This document shows positions 49,205 to 58,348 of a DNA stretch of 64,000 bases, in pieces. Source of the DNA: Saprospira grandis str. Lewin (GTDB lineage Bacteria; Bacteroidota; Bacteroidia; Chitinophagales; Saprospiraceae); the NCBI RefSeq assembly GCF_000250635.1, contig NC_016940.1, positions 1,160,995 through 1,224,994 of the forward strand. The letters run 5' to 3'. Numbering within the stretch: position 1 is the stretch's first letter; each line of letters starts with the position of its first letter. The translations under genes were made by a program, and so were the position numbers. The notes under the pieces are model-generated. The model worked only from the letters and a program-made list of their open reading frames with translations, searched no databases and was not told where the DNA came from.

Positions 49205-49300
49205 AGCCACTCCCCTAAGGGATTCCTTAGGGAATCCCGCAGAGGGGTGGGTGGGCGGGTTATATTGCGAATGAGGAGCGCAGCGACGAATACCGCTTTT
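49205..49300. repeat. isolated REP module B (GGATTCCTTAGGGAATCCC palindrome module)
   Basis: cccctaagggattccttagggaatcccgcagaggggtgggtgggcgggttatattgcgaatgaggagcgcagcgacgaataccgc; homologous to 8895-8978 and 17256-17332 (reverse). Confidence 0.8.
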
Positions 49301-49322
49301 GGGCCTCCTCTAGAGCAGCGCA

Positions 49323-50531
49323 TTAGGCTAATTTTTGAACGGCAGTACTCGCATCTCCATAGTTTTGGCCGGGCGCAACGCTAAGTAGATTAACGCCAGG
49401 TTTTTTGCCTGGAGCAAAGCTGCCCAATTCCTCCTCAAAGCCGAGGGCTTCGGCACCGTTTAGGGTGGCCCATTGCAAAAGCGTCTCAAAAGGGACATAA
49501 GACTGGTAGCGGCGGATAGTCTTTATCTCCTCTAGAATAGAAAGGGACCAATTAGAGGTAAGGCTATCGGTACCTAAACAAACCTTAGCGCCTTTTTTCA
49601 AAAATGCCTGATAATTGGGCAAGCGATTTTCAATATATAGATTGGCATTGGGGCAGCTGGCCCAATAAACCGATTTGCCCCAGCTTTTGGCAAAAGCAAT
49701 ATCCTGCTCAGAAGTAAGGGTATTATGCACAAAAAGCGTTCGTTGTTCGGGGTCCATTTGCGAGAGGGCATAATGAATGGCCGTGCGGCCATTAGGCTGG
49801 AATTGGTCCAGAGAAAAACCAAACTGCCCATAGAAATCGACAAAGCCGCCTGTTCCTGTCAAAAAGAGTTCTTGTTCTGGGGGTGTCTCTTGGTTGTGAA
49901 TGCTTACCGTATGGGCTTCTCCTTGGTTGGCGGCATTGATGCGCTCGAACAATTGGGGAGAAACAGAATAAGGGGCATGAGGCACCATCACCTTTTTGCT
50001 CCCTTCTGCTAGGGGGAGAGCATCATAAACGGCCTTATATTTTTCAAATTCGGCCTCGGCATTGGCGGTTTGTAGAAAATCGAAGCATTCGACAAAGCTA
50101 TAATAGCGCAGGCGGCCCTTGGCCTTTTGGGCAAAGGTATCGGGAACATTAGTAATATCGCCTACGGCCACAATACCATTAGCGATCATTTGGTCCTCGG
50201 CCCAAGCGATAGCCTCGGCAATTTCGGTTTCGGGCGCATTGCGTCTAGACACCACCTGCTTAATAAAGTCGATGAGGCCCGTGCCCGTTTCTACTTTTCC
50301 GAGCATATGAGAGAGCTCTAGGTGGCAATGGGCATTGATAAAGCCGGGGACCAAAATCCCTTCATGAATCTCGATCTCTTCATCGGGATAATCGGCTCTT
50401 TGGCCTATTTCTAGGATGCGGCCCTCATCATCAAGGACCAAAACGCCCTCTTTGATGGGAGCTTCGCTAATTGGGTAAATATAATCGGCGCTTATTTTTC
50501 TCATGATAGATGTCTTTAATTTGAGGGGCAA
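49323..50531 (-). CDS. amidohydrolase family protein (metal-dependent hydrolase/deaminase-like)
   Basis: 402 aa; [12 protein letters not shown] HxH metal motif; start may be Met at 50504. Confidence 0.7.
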   Translation of the reverse strand: MPLKLKTSIMRKISADYIYPISEAPIKEGVLVLDDEGRILEIGQRADYPDEEIEIHEGILVPGFINAHCHLELSHMLGKVETGTGLIDFIKQVVSRRNAPETEIAEAIAWAEDQMIANGIVAVGDITNVPDTFAQKAKGRLRYYSFVECFDFLQTANAEAEFEKYKAVYDALPLAEGSKKVMVPHAPYSVSPQLFERINAANQGEAHTVSIHNQETPPEQELFLTGTGGFVDFYGQFGFSLDQFQPNGRTAIHYALSQMDPEQRTLFVHNTLTSEQDIAFAKSWGKSVYWASCPNANLYIENRLPNYQAFLKKGAKVCLGTDSLTSNWSLSILEEIKTIRRYQSYVPFETLLQWATLNGAEALGFEEELGSFAPGKKPGVNLLSVAPGQNYGDASTAVQKLA

Positions 50532-50564
50532 AAATAGCTAAAACTATTGATTTTATCCTTAAAA

Positions 50565-50900
50565 ATGCGGTGGACAGGCGGCGAAGCCGCCGCAGGCTGA
50601 GGGATGGACAGCAGTGGCCGTCAGGCCAGACCCAGCCGCCGCAGGCGGCGCAGGGCCGAGCGAAGAGCGAGCTGCGAAACAGCCCGACCCGACCGCAGGG
50701 AGGGGCAGCCCCAAAATAGCAGCGAGCTGCGACAACCAGCCCCAAAGGGGCGCCAGTTCGATGACCAAGGGGAATAAACAGCCCGACCCGACCGCAGGGA
50801 GGGACAGCCCCAAAATAGCAGCGAGCTGCGACAACCAGCCCCAAAGGGGCGCCAGTTCGACAACCGAAGGGCGTAGCGGCAGCCCCAAAATAGCCGCATA
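50565..50900. repeat. REP-like element (reverse) followed by tandem duplication of a ~95-bp module
   Basis: ggctgagggatggacag..gcagggccgagcgaagagcgagctgcg then aacagcccgacccgaccgcagggaggg(g/a)cagccccaaaatagcagcgagctgcgacaaccagccccaaaggggcgccagttcga twice (50681-50775, 50776-50870). Confidence 0.85.
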
Positions 50901-50935
50901 AAAAAAGCCTCCCTAGGGAAGCTTTTCCTTAATAT

Positions 50936-51979
50936 TTAGAGTAGCCTTAATTTCTCGGGGCCGCAGCCTAATTCATCGGCTAGATGGCCGCCATTTTCGC
51001 AGAGGGGGAGCAACTCCTCCTGGAGGAAAGGCTGCACCTTAGGCTGCATCGATTTGGGGTAAAGCAGATGCAAATTGGGGCCTGCATCTAGGGTAAAATA
51101 GAGCGGGAGTTTTGTTTGTTGGCGCCAATCTCGGACCTTCTCGATCAGGGCCAAACTATTGGGCTGCATCAGCAAATAAGAAGGGCGAGAAGTCATCATG
51201 AGAGCGTGTAGCATCAGGGCCTCTTCCTCGGCAATTTGGCCAAAGGTGGCCCAATCGCCAGCTTGGAGAGCGGGCAAAAGTTTGCCCAAATTCTCTTCCG
51301 CCAATTGGTAGCGAAGGGGGGCAAAAGGGTTGCCCTCCATCAGTTTGTGGCCGGCGGTACTAGAGACCGATTTCTCGGCCCGGCTCACCAGCAAAATAGT
51401 ATCTTGGACCGCCTTAAAATCATCATGCAAGAGCTCGCCGCAGGGGCTAGCCCAGAGATTAGAGCTCCCCTTTAGCTGCTTAGACTCGCCCCAAGAGGCG
51501 GCCATAGGGTAAAGCGATCGGCAGGCAGAGCCAGAGCCTAGGCGGGCAAAATAGCTGGCCTTTTGCCAAAACTCGGCCTGATCGGAAGTGGGGCCAAGGC
51601 CCAATTCGGCGGCCATATCGCAGAGGCAGAGAGCCAGAGCGCTCATGCTAGAAGCGGAAGAAGCGATGCCCGCAGAATGGGGAAAAGAATTCTTAGAATC
51701 CAGTTCTAGGGCGTATTCATCGAGGAAAGGCAGCTCCTCGAGAATACTTTCTAGAAAGCCCTGAATACGTTGGGCAAAAGCTGGTTTTTCTTGGCCTTCA
51801 AACAAAAAGCGCAACTGAATACCGCCCTTAGCTTTGGGGCTATAGCGGAGCGTCGTTTGGCTATAGGCGGCAGAAAGCGTAAAGCTGAGCGAAGCATTTT
51901 TGGGAAGTTGGCGGCCGTATTTGCCCCAATACTTAATAATGGCAATATTGGAGGGGCTTTTCCAGCAAGTTTGATTCAT
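50936..51979 (-). CDS. mvaD: diphosphomevalonate decarboxylase (GHMP kinase family)
   Basis: SNIAIIKYWGKYG N-terminal signature; GHMP Gly-rich motif ..PHSAGIASSAS..; 347 aa. Confidence 0.8.
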   Translation of the reverse strand: MNQTCWKSPSNIAIIKYWGKYGRQLPKNASLSFTLSAAYSQTTLRYSPKAKGGIQLRFLFEGQEKPAFAQRIQGFLESILEELPFLDEYALELDSKNSFPHSAGIASSASSMSALALCLCDMAAELGLGPTSDQAEFWQKASYFARLGSGSACRSLYPMAASWGESKQLKGSSNLWASPCGELLHDDFKAVQDTILLVSRAEKSVSSTAGHKLMEGNPFAPLRYQLAEENLGKLLPALQAGDWATFGQIAEEEALMLHALMMTSRPSYLLMQPNSLALIEKVRDWRQQTKLPLYFTLDAGPNLHLLYPKSMQPKVQPFLQEELLPLCENGGHLADELGCGPEKLRLL

Positions 51980-51986
51980 GATATAC

Positions 51987-53489
51987 TTATTTTGATGTTG
52001 ATTCAGGGGCTTCCATAAAGCTTTGGGGCTCTAGAAAAGCAAATTGATAATATCTGAAATAAAGGGATTGCAGACCGAGAAATAGGCGGCCATCCTCTAG
52101 GGGGTAGCTCAATTCGGGGCAGAGCAATTCATCTTTAAATTCGTAAGATAATAACTGTTTCTCTTTTAGCTTGCCTTGGGCATCTATTTGGGCTAGGTAG
52201 GCGCCTGATTCGCGGCCATAGAGGCCTCGATTGAAGAGCAGATACAGCTTGCCGGCCTTCTCCCAAAGGTAAGGGCGTAAAAAGCTAGCCTTAGACTTGG
52301 GAAAAGAGTTGTGTTTGAGGATACTCTGCTCCCAGAGTAGCTCTCCAGCTTCAGAGAAGCAGAGCAGAAAAATATTGTGGCTTTTAAAGTTATGAATGCC
52401 ATAGGGACGTTCTTCAGCTAGGAGGATCAAGCGACCATCGGCCAGTTGTCGGAAGCTGATCGTTTTGTAATTTCGCAGCTCTGTTTTCTCCTTAATTCGC
52501 CCTAATTTCCGCTGCAATAATTGGGCTTTTAGCGAGTCGGAAAAGGACTGCTTGTACTTAGTGAGCACCTGATTTCGGGCGGCATTTATTTTAATAAAAA
52601 AATAGCCGCCTTGTTTATAATATTTTTTCTGAGAGTAGAGGCCGGTCCAATAAATATTGCCCTCTGCATCAAAAAGGAGATCCATTTCATTATAGAAAAA
52701 ATCGCCTAATTTGGGACTAAAGTGGGTAAACTCCCCTGCATTTGGGCCTAAGAAATAGACCAGGGGGTCTGCCGTTACCTTTTTGAGCTGATAAGAGCGT
52801 TTTTCTCGAAATCGATCGCAGAGAATAGCAATAATTCCTTGATTACTAATCTTCAGCTTTTGAATAGCGACCACTCTTTTTCCGCTTTGATGAAGAGAGA
52901 GATCCAGCTTGCGCTCCCAGAGCAGCTGAAGACGGGCATCGAGCACCCGCAGGCGGATGCTATTGGTAAGTCCCCGAATATCTTCAATATCGCCTTCTTC
53001 CTCATAATCATAAAGCAGCAATTTGCTACCATCTGGAGAAAGGACAAAATTGCCTCGGTAGAGGCGTTCTTTCATATCAAAGGGCGGAATCAGGGCAATA
53101 CTATCGGGAGATAAGCGAAAGCTATCGGGCAAAATTTCTTTGGCATAGAGGCTCACATCCTCATAGCGCTGAAGAGCCTTATTGTCTATATAGTAGGAAT
53201 AGAGCAAATAGTTTTTGTCCTGAATGTGCATGGCTCCGCCATATTTTCGCTTTCGGTCGCTTGAAATATAGCGGCCCTTTAGCTTGAGCTGCCCATCGTA
53301 AATTTCGGTTTCGGCCTTATCGAATTGCTTATTAAAGCGCAAAATCTGAAAGCGATTCTCCTCATACTCTAAAAGCGCATAGGTTTTATAGTTACCTAAT
53401 CGCTCTTGGCGCTCGCCCAAAAATAGCGCTTGTGCGCCCAAGAATAAAGGGAAAAAGCTGATCAATAATAGAAGTATAATTTTATGCAT
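51987..53489 (-). CDS. hypothetical secreted protein
   Basis: 500 aa; signal peptide MHKIILLLLISFFPLFLGAQA; Tyr/Leu/Lys-rich; no domain. Confidence 0.5.
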   Translation of the reverse strand: MHKIILLLLISFFPLFLGAQALFLGERQERLGNYKTYALLEYEENRFQILRFNKQFDKAETEIYDGQLKLKGRYISSDRKRKYGGAMHIQDKNYLLYSYYIDNKALQRYEDVSLYAKEILPDSFRLSPDSIALIPPFDMKERLYRGNFVLSPDGSKLLLYDYEEEGDIEDIRGLTNSIRLRVLDARLQLLWERKLDLSLHQSGKRVVAIQKLKISNQGIIAILCDRFREKRSYQLKKVTADPLVYFLGPNAGEFTHFSPKLGDFFYNEMDLLFDAEGNIYWTGLYSQKKYYKQGGYFFIKINAARNQVLTKYKQSFSDSLKAQLLQRKLGRIKEKTELRNYKTISFRQLADGRLILLAEERPYGIHNFKSHNIFLLCFSEAGELLWEQSILKHNSFPKSKASFLRPYLWEKAGKLYLLFNRGLYGRESGAYLAQIDAQGKLKEKQLLSYEFKDELLCPELSYPLEDGRLFLGLQSLYFRYYQFAFLEPQSFMEAPESTSK

Positions 53490-53665
53490 GTATAGATGAT
53501 TTGATGTAAATGTACTGACTTCTTATAGAAGTCTAAACTTAGCCCCAAAGCAAATAGATGAATCTCTGAAACAATCTGGTGGTTTTAAATTAACTAAGCA
53601 AAAGAGAAACTAATTTTGACCTTTTACATTTATCCGACTTTCTATTTATCAAAACCCCTTATAGA

Positions 53666-53980
53666 ATGATTAGTCTTATTATACTTATTGGCGTAATTCG
53701 CAATTATTGGAATTTAGCCAAAGCAAAAGGCAAAAATGCTTATTTATGGGCATTTCTAGCTTTTATTATTTATTATGGCTTAGTTATACTCATATCTGTC
53801 CCCCTTATGTTTTTCCTAGAAGAACAGATTACAGGAGAACCCGGCTTTGAACTCCTCTTCAATTTAGTTATTGGATTTCTATCTTTACTTTTCACTTATT
53901 TACTAGGTCCGGTCCTTATTAAAGATGATAAGGCCCTCTCTTTGGAGGAGCAAAACGACATCTTAGATGCTGGCCTTTAA
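53666..53980 (+). CDS. small 3-TM membrane protein, paralog 1 of tandem family (C-terminal NDILDAGL)
   Basis: 104 aa; KNAYLWAFLAFIIYYGL motif shared with paralogs. Confidence 0.55.
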   Translation: MISLIILIGVIRNYWNLAKAKGKNAYLWAFLAFIIYYGLVILISVPLMFFLEEQITGEPGFELLFNLVIGFLSLLFTYLLGPVLIKDDKALSLEEQNDILDAGL

Positions 53981-53989
53981 TTTATCATT

Positions 53990-54313
53990 ATGATCATACT
54001 CACTATTATCCTTGCGGGCGCCTTGGCCATTGGCAAATGGTACTGGGATAGCGCCGCCGAGCAATCTCTGCCCAAACTCAAATGGCTACTCATTGGTATG
54101 GGCCTATTTATTGGCAGCTATATCCTCATTGGAATAATTGTCTCCCTAGTCTTTCAGTTTGTTTTTGGCGATCTGGCCATTGGTATACATGAAATTGGCA
54201 AAATTCTCATTACCGCCTCTTTGGCTATTAGTGTCTGCAAATGGGGCAACAAACGCTGGCTAGAAAATTATAGCCCTCCCCAAAAGTCAGATATTCTAGA
54301 TGCGGATATATAA
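53990..54313 (+). CDS. small 3-TM membrane protein, paralog 2 (C-terminal SDILDADI)
   Basis: 107 aa; 10 bp after paralog 1; 3'-terminal 22 nt cagatattctagatgcggatat identical to paralog 4. Confidence 0.55.
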   Translation: MIILTIILAGALAIGKWYWDSAAEQSLPKLKWLLIGMGLFIGSYILIGIIVSLVFQFVFGDLAIGIHEIGKILITASLAISVCKWGNKRWLENYSPPQKSDILDADI

Positions 54314-54324
54314 ACCAGTTTCCT

Positions 54325-54636
54325 ATGCAATTGACTATTTATTTACTCCTGTTCTCTTTTTTTCTGGCCTTAGTTCTTTACGGACATTACCGCCTCAAAG
54401 CTCAAGCTGCTAGACTAAATCCAGAAATTTGGGGCCTAGCTGGCCCCATGCTTTTCTTTGGGCTCAATCATTACCTCAGTCTGCTCATCATTGCCCTTCG
54501 GGAGAGCATCAGTAATATTGATTTATTTCTCGCCCTCAGTATAGCAGGCAGCCTCCTTAGCTTTGCAACCATTTTCTTTATGGCCCCTTACCTAATTTCT
54601 ACGGTCCAAACAACAGCAGAACATGAACGCGATTAG
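54325..54636 (+). CDS. small 3-TM membrane protein, paralog 3 (lacks DILDADI tail)
   Basis: 103 aa; PEIWGLAGPMLFFGLNH motif region. Confidence 0.5.
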   Translation: MQLTIYLLLFSFFLALVLYGHYRLKAQAARLNPEIWGLAGPMLFFGLNHYLSLLIIALRESISNIDLFLALSIAGSLLSFATIFFMAPYLISTVQTTAEHERD

Positions 54637-54973
54637 CCCCCATCTTCTCACGTATATCCTTAGCCTAATCAGCCTATTTTATTATGCTTCTCTTGCCCCT
54701 AAACACAGCAAGAATGCCTTGCTATGGGCGGCTTTTGGCTTTCTTTTTCAGACAGGCCTCTCTCTCCTTTTCATCCTATTCAGTAAGGTATTTATCGCCC
54801 TATTCAAAATCCTTTCTTGGCCCATCAATGATTATTGGGCGATTGGCCTGCTCCTTCTCCCCCTAATCGCCTGCGTCCTTAGCCTTAAGCTAGCCCCTTC
54901 TTTTGTTGCGCCCCAAGCAAAAAGCCCCGCTCCTTCCTCCTCCAATTCAGATATTCTAGATGCGGATATTTAG
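54623..54973 (+). CDS. small 3-TM membrane protein, paralog 4 (C-terminal SDILDADI)
   Basis: 116 aa; KNALLWAAFGFLFQTGL; overlaps paralog 3 by 14 nt. Confidence 0.55.
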   Translation: MNAISPHLLTYILSLISLFYYASLAPKHSKNALLWAAFGFLFQTGLSLLFILFSKVFIALFKILSWPINDYWAIGLLLLPLIACVLSLKLAPSFVAPQAKSPAPSSSNSDILDADI

Positions 54974-55140
54974 GGGCCCGCGGCCGCCCTTTATAAGGGG
55001 GGCGGCCGCCGCTAGGCTCCGCCGCTCGCAGGGCTGCTCGGCCCTGCAGCGCTTTCAGCGCTTTGGTCTGGCCCTTCGGGCCACGGCTGCGCAGCGCTGG
55101 GCCATTTGGCCCTGCGGGCCAAGGGGGCTTCGCCCCCTAG
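54964..55140. repeat. REP-like mosaic element (forward, variant 5' module)
   Basis: ggggcccgcggccgccc..gctcgcagggctgctcggccctgcagcgctttcagcgctttggtctggcccttcgggccac.. Confidence 0.8.
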
Positions 55141-55168
55141 ATTCCTAAACCTAGCATAAAACACAACC

Positions 55169-55372
55169 ATGATCAACTACTATGCTTATTACATCCCCTT
55201 CCTACTTATGCTTGGCCTCAACTTTTATATGTACAGAAAGAAAGCCATTCGCTACAATAAAAATCCACTAAATTGGGGACTTATTAGCCTCCTTATCTAT
55301 TACGTTTGCTTTGAACTACTCTTTCATCTGGCCAATTTGTTGTTTGCATTTGTTGGTGTAGCCTACCCGTAA
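55169..55372 (+). CDS. small membrane protein, paralog 5, apparently truncated by IS insertion
   Basis: 67 aa; KNPLNWGLISLLIYYVC motif; ORF ends 3 bp before inferred IS left end. Confidence 0.45.
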   Translation: MINYYAYYIPFLLMLGLNFYMYRKKAIRYNKNPLNWGLISLLIYYVCFELLFHLANLLFAFVGVAYP

Positions 55373-55389
55373 GGTGCAACCAAAAAATA

Positions 55390-56172
55390 CTATACATCTA
55401 ACATCGTCCTTTCAAAGTCATATGGGCTAATATTTCCCAGACTTTGGTGGGGACGATTAAAATTGTAGTGCTGAAACCAATTTTGAATTTCCTCATTTAG
55501 TTCTTCTAAAGAGTGGAACCAAGATAAGTTTAAACACTCTGTTCTCAAAGTTTTATTTAATCGCTCAATAAATGCATTTTGGGTAGGTTTTCCTGGCTGG
55601 ATGAACTTTAATTCAATATCATGTTTTTGGGCCCAAGCAGCTAACTTTTTAGAGATGAATTCTGGCCCATTATCGCAACGAATATAGTCAGGTTTACCTC
55701 TGTAATCCAGTACTTTATCAAGTACATCAGTAAGCTTTTTTGCAGAGATACTTTGATGGGCTTCTGTCCACAAAGCTCGCCTTGAGGTCTCATCCATAAT
55801 GTTGATAATTCGGACCGATTTCTTATCTGAGCTCATGACCCAATCGCTTAAAAAATCCATAGACCAACCCTTATTTACCTCCTTGGGCAAAGAGATAGGT
55901 TCAAATTTTCGGCGAATACGCTGACGCTTTGGGCGCTGTCTTAAGTTTAATTTTTCTCTCTTCCAGATTCTATACACCTTCTTATGATTGAAGGTAACAC
56001 CTTGATTTCTAATGTAATGAAAAACCTTCCAAAAGCCCCAAGCTAAATATTCTTTCGTGACTTCATGCAGTAATTTAGCGATTTGATCATCGACTACTTC
56101 TGGCCGATGACCTGACTTTCGTTTATAGTATGTTTGACGACGAAACCCCAAAACGACACAGATTCGACGCAC
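55390..56172 (-). CDS. IS3-family transposase OrfB (rve integrase core)
   Basis: 260 aa; ..YIRCDNGPEF..ERLNKTLRTE..HQSLG integrase-core pattern. Confidence 0.8.
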   Translation of the reverse strand: MRRICVVLGFRRQTYYKRKSGHRPEVVDDQIAKLLHEVTKEYLAWGFWKVFHYIRNQGVTFNHKKVYRIWKREKLNLRQRPKRQRIRRKFEPISLPKEVNKGWSMDFLSDWVMSSDKKSVRIINIMDETSRRALWTEAHQSISAKKLTDVLDKVLDYRGKPDYIRCDNGPEFISKKLAAWAQKHDIELKFIQPGKPTQNAFIERLNKTLRTECLNLSWFHSLEELNEEIQNWFQHYNFNRPHQSLGNISPYDFERTMLDV

Positions 56173-56195
56173 ACTGTACTTCTTGGACAGCTCGT

Positions 56196-56495
56196 CTATG
56201 ACTCTTTCTTGTCTTTTGGGGTTAAGTGCTTTTTTGCCATTGCATAGCCCTCTTCTAAAATTTCATAATTCATGCTTAAGTCTGCATACATCTTTTTTAA
56301 ACGAGCATTTTGGGCCTCTAATTCCTTGATTAAACGCTCTTTATCGTCAACTTCTTGCTCTTTGGATCTTTTCCATTTATAGAAAGTGGCTGGGCTTATT
56401 TGGTGCTTTCTACACAAATCTGCCACGCTAAGGCCGCTGTCGTGCTCAGCTAAAATTGATAACTTCTGCTTTTCCGTGAATTTACTTTTTCGCAT
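56196..56495 (-). CDS. IS3-family transposase OrfA (HTH)
   Basis: 99 aa; SVADLCRKHQISPATFYKWKR HTH; leucine-zipper-like C-terminus. Confidence 0.8.
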   Translation of the reverse strand: MRKSKFTEKQKLSILAEHDSGLSVADLCRKHQISPATFYKWKRSKEQEVDDKERLIKELEAQNARLKKMYADLSMNYEILEEGYAMAKKHLTPKDKKES

Positions 56496-56778
56496 CCTTT
56501 TAGTTTTTGTTCTTTAAGATAATTATTTTCTATAACTAATGGTTGCTTTTTTGGGCAGGCTACATTGGGTACAGCTACGTTTTTTACACAGAGCAGCTTT
56601 CAGAAAAAGAAGAGGGACCTCAGGTTATGTATATTCTACTTTATAGTCGCCAAGCAATAGCCTTCCTTTCCGCCTTATGGCTAAGTTTGCGCATAGGAGA
56701 ATTCCTTATCCGCCCTAGTAAAAATCAGTCTAATGCCGACAATCAGCAGCCCTAGGCCATCTGCTAAAAAGGACTGCC

Positions 56779-57804
56779 CTAAGACAACCTTCTCGCTGTC
56801 TTCCTCCTATCTATCTTGCTCTTCCCTAAGCTCCGCAATAAGCTTCCATAAGCAAAGGCCGATTTTAATTTTTGCTCCCCTGACCGTATCCGCATTTCTT
56901 CCATCGGAAAGCGCTGTATGTGCCGCCCCAACTGCATTTCTTCCTTAATCCCCGCCCCGCCAAAACTAAGGTCCAAATTGGACCGATCAAAAAAATCTAG
57001 CCCCACTTCATGGTCCGTAAAGGGAAAGGCAAAAGCCCGAATAGGTTGCCGCAACCAAAGGGCCAACTGCTGCTGGTTTTTCTCTGTCTGAAGCAATTGC
57101 TCTTCTAACGAAAGCTTTTTGTATAAAGGATGATCCCAACTATGCCCCCCTATGCTAAAGCCCATTGTTTGCAGGGCTCTTAGCTCTTCTAGCTTTAAAT
57201 AAGGTTGTTTTTGGACCAAAAAGTCAGGGACCGAGCAGCCAATTCGATCCGCCCAGGCCAAAAGCTCAGCTTCCTGAGCATGCCCCGCCGAAAAAAGCAG
57301 CTTTGCATCTTTTGGAGCCAAGACTTTCTGTGCCGCCAAATGGCTGTAAATCAGGGCCGCCAAATGCCTAAACATCAAGCGCTTATTATCAATAAAAGCC
57401 CCATTGATAAAAAAAGTAGCAGGAACCCCCAAACGCAACAAAATAGGCGCAATAACATGATAACAACTACTCAGGCCATCATCAAAACTCAAATGAAAAA
57501 ATGGCTTTCGAGCAGGGCGACCCGCTTCTACCCAAGCCAACAGTTCTCCTAAATCTATGGGCTCAAAATGGGCCAAAATGAGCTTTAGCTCGGCCTCAAA
57601 TTGCTGAGGCGAAATAAGCGGATAAAGGGGCGAAATATGGGGCTGCGGCTCCGCTTCTACCGCATGATAAAAGGGAAAAAAAGCCGCTACCTTTGCTTTT
57701 TCTTGCCAAAAAGAAAGGGAAAAGGCCTGAGCCAATTGGTCCAGACCTTTTTTCATATTATTCTTTATCCAAGGACCTAAGCCTTGTCTTTGGGCATAGT
57801 ACAT
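56779..57804 (-). CDS. polysaccharide deacetylase (NodB homology domain) family protein
   Basis: FFHLSFDDG and GGHSWDHP motifs; start may be Met at 57756; 5' end overlaps bactofilin gene. Confidence 0.7.
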   Translation of the reverse strand: MYYAQRQGLGPWIKNNMKKGLDQLAQAFSLSFWQEKAKVAAFFPFYHAVEAEPQPHISPLYPLISPQQFEAELKLILAHFEPIDLGELLAWVEAGRPARKPFFHLSFDDGLSSCYHVIAPILLRLGVPATFFINGAFIDNKRLMFRHLAALIYSHLAAQKVLAPKDAKLLFSAGHAQEAELLAWADRIGCSVPDFLVQKQPYLKLEELRALQTMGFSIGGHSWDHPLYKKLSLEEQLLQTEKNQQQLALWLRQPIRAFAFPFTDHEVGLDFFDRSNLDLSFGGAGIKEEMQLGRHIQRFPMEEMRIRSGEQKLKSAFAYGSLLRSLGKSKIDRRKTARRLS

Positions 57805-58154
57805 TGGCCATTAAATATTGCTCCTTGTTCAACCTGCAATCGCTCACAGTCAATATCTCCTTTCAATTGAGCCGAAGCCTGCAAATAGACCAAAGCACTG
57901 GCTTTTACATTCCCCTTGCTCTCGCCCTCAGAAATCATTTCTTTGCAGTTAATCTGGCCCATCACCTTGCTTTTAGGCGCCATCACTAGGCGGCCCCCAC
58001 AAGAAATTGTTCCATGCACCTCTCCTTCCAAACGAATGTTGGCATTGGTCTCTAAACTCCCCTCGATAATGGTCCCCTGCGCCAAAATACATACATCCTT
58101 GGCGCCAATAGCTTTATTCTCTTCCATAAAATTTAATTCAAATTTGGTCTTCAA
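57777..58154 (-). CDS. bactofilin (DUF583) cytoskeletal protein
   Basis: 125 aa; repetitive beta-helical pattern GTIIEGSLETNANIRLEGEVHGTISCGGRLVMAPKSKVMGQINC.. Confidence 0.75.
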   Translation of the reverse strand: MKTKFELNFMEENKAIGAKDVCILAQGTIIEGSLETNANIRLEGEVHGTISCGGRLVMAPKSKVMGQINCKEMISEGESKGNVKASALVYLQASAQLKGDIDCERLQVEQGAIFNGQCTMPKDKA

Positions 58155-58189
58155 GATAAGAACTTCTCCTTAATAGGCCAAGTTTTTCC

Positions 58190-58345
58190 TCTTTTTGGGG
58201 CTGCCCCGCCCTGCGGGCGGGTCGGGCTGTCCGCAGCTCGCTGCTCGCTCGGCCCTGCGGCGGCTTTGCCGCCTAGGTCTGCCGCCTTCGGCGGCCCTGC
58301 TCTCATCCCTCAGCCGAGGCGCTTCGCGCCTGCAAAACGCAGTTG
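58190..58345. repeat. REP-like mosaic element (forward)
   Basis: ttggggctgccccgccctgcgggcgggtcgggctgtccgcagctcgctgctcgctcggccctgc..ctcatccctcagcc. Confidence 0.85.
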
Positions 58346-58348
58346 GAC

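Larger units (their letters stand above)
55376..56546 (-). mobile_element. second, unrelated IS3-family insertion sequence (~1.17 kb), ends approximate
   Basis: orfA+orfB in IS3 arrangement; terminal TGCAACCA / (T)GGTTGC imperfect inverted repeats; no clear TSD. Confidence 0.6.
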
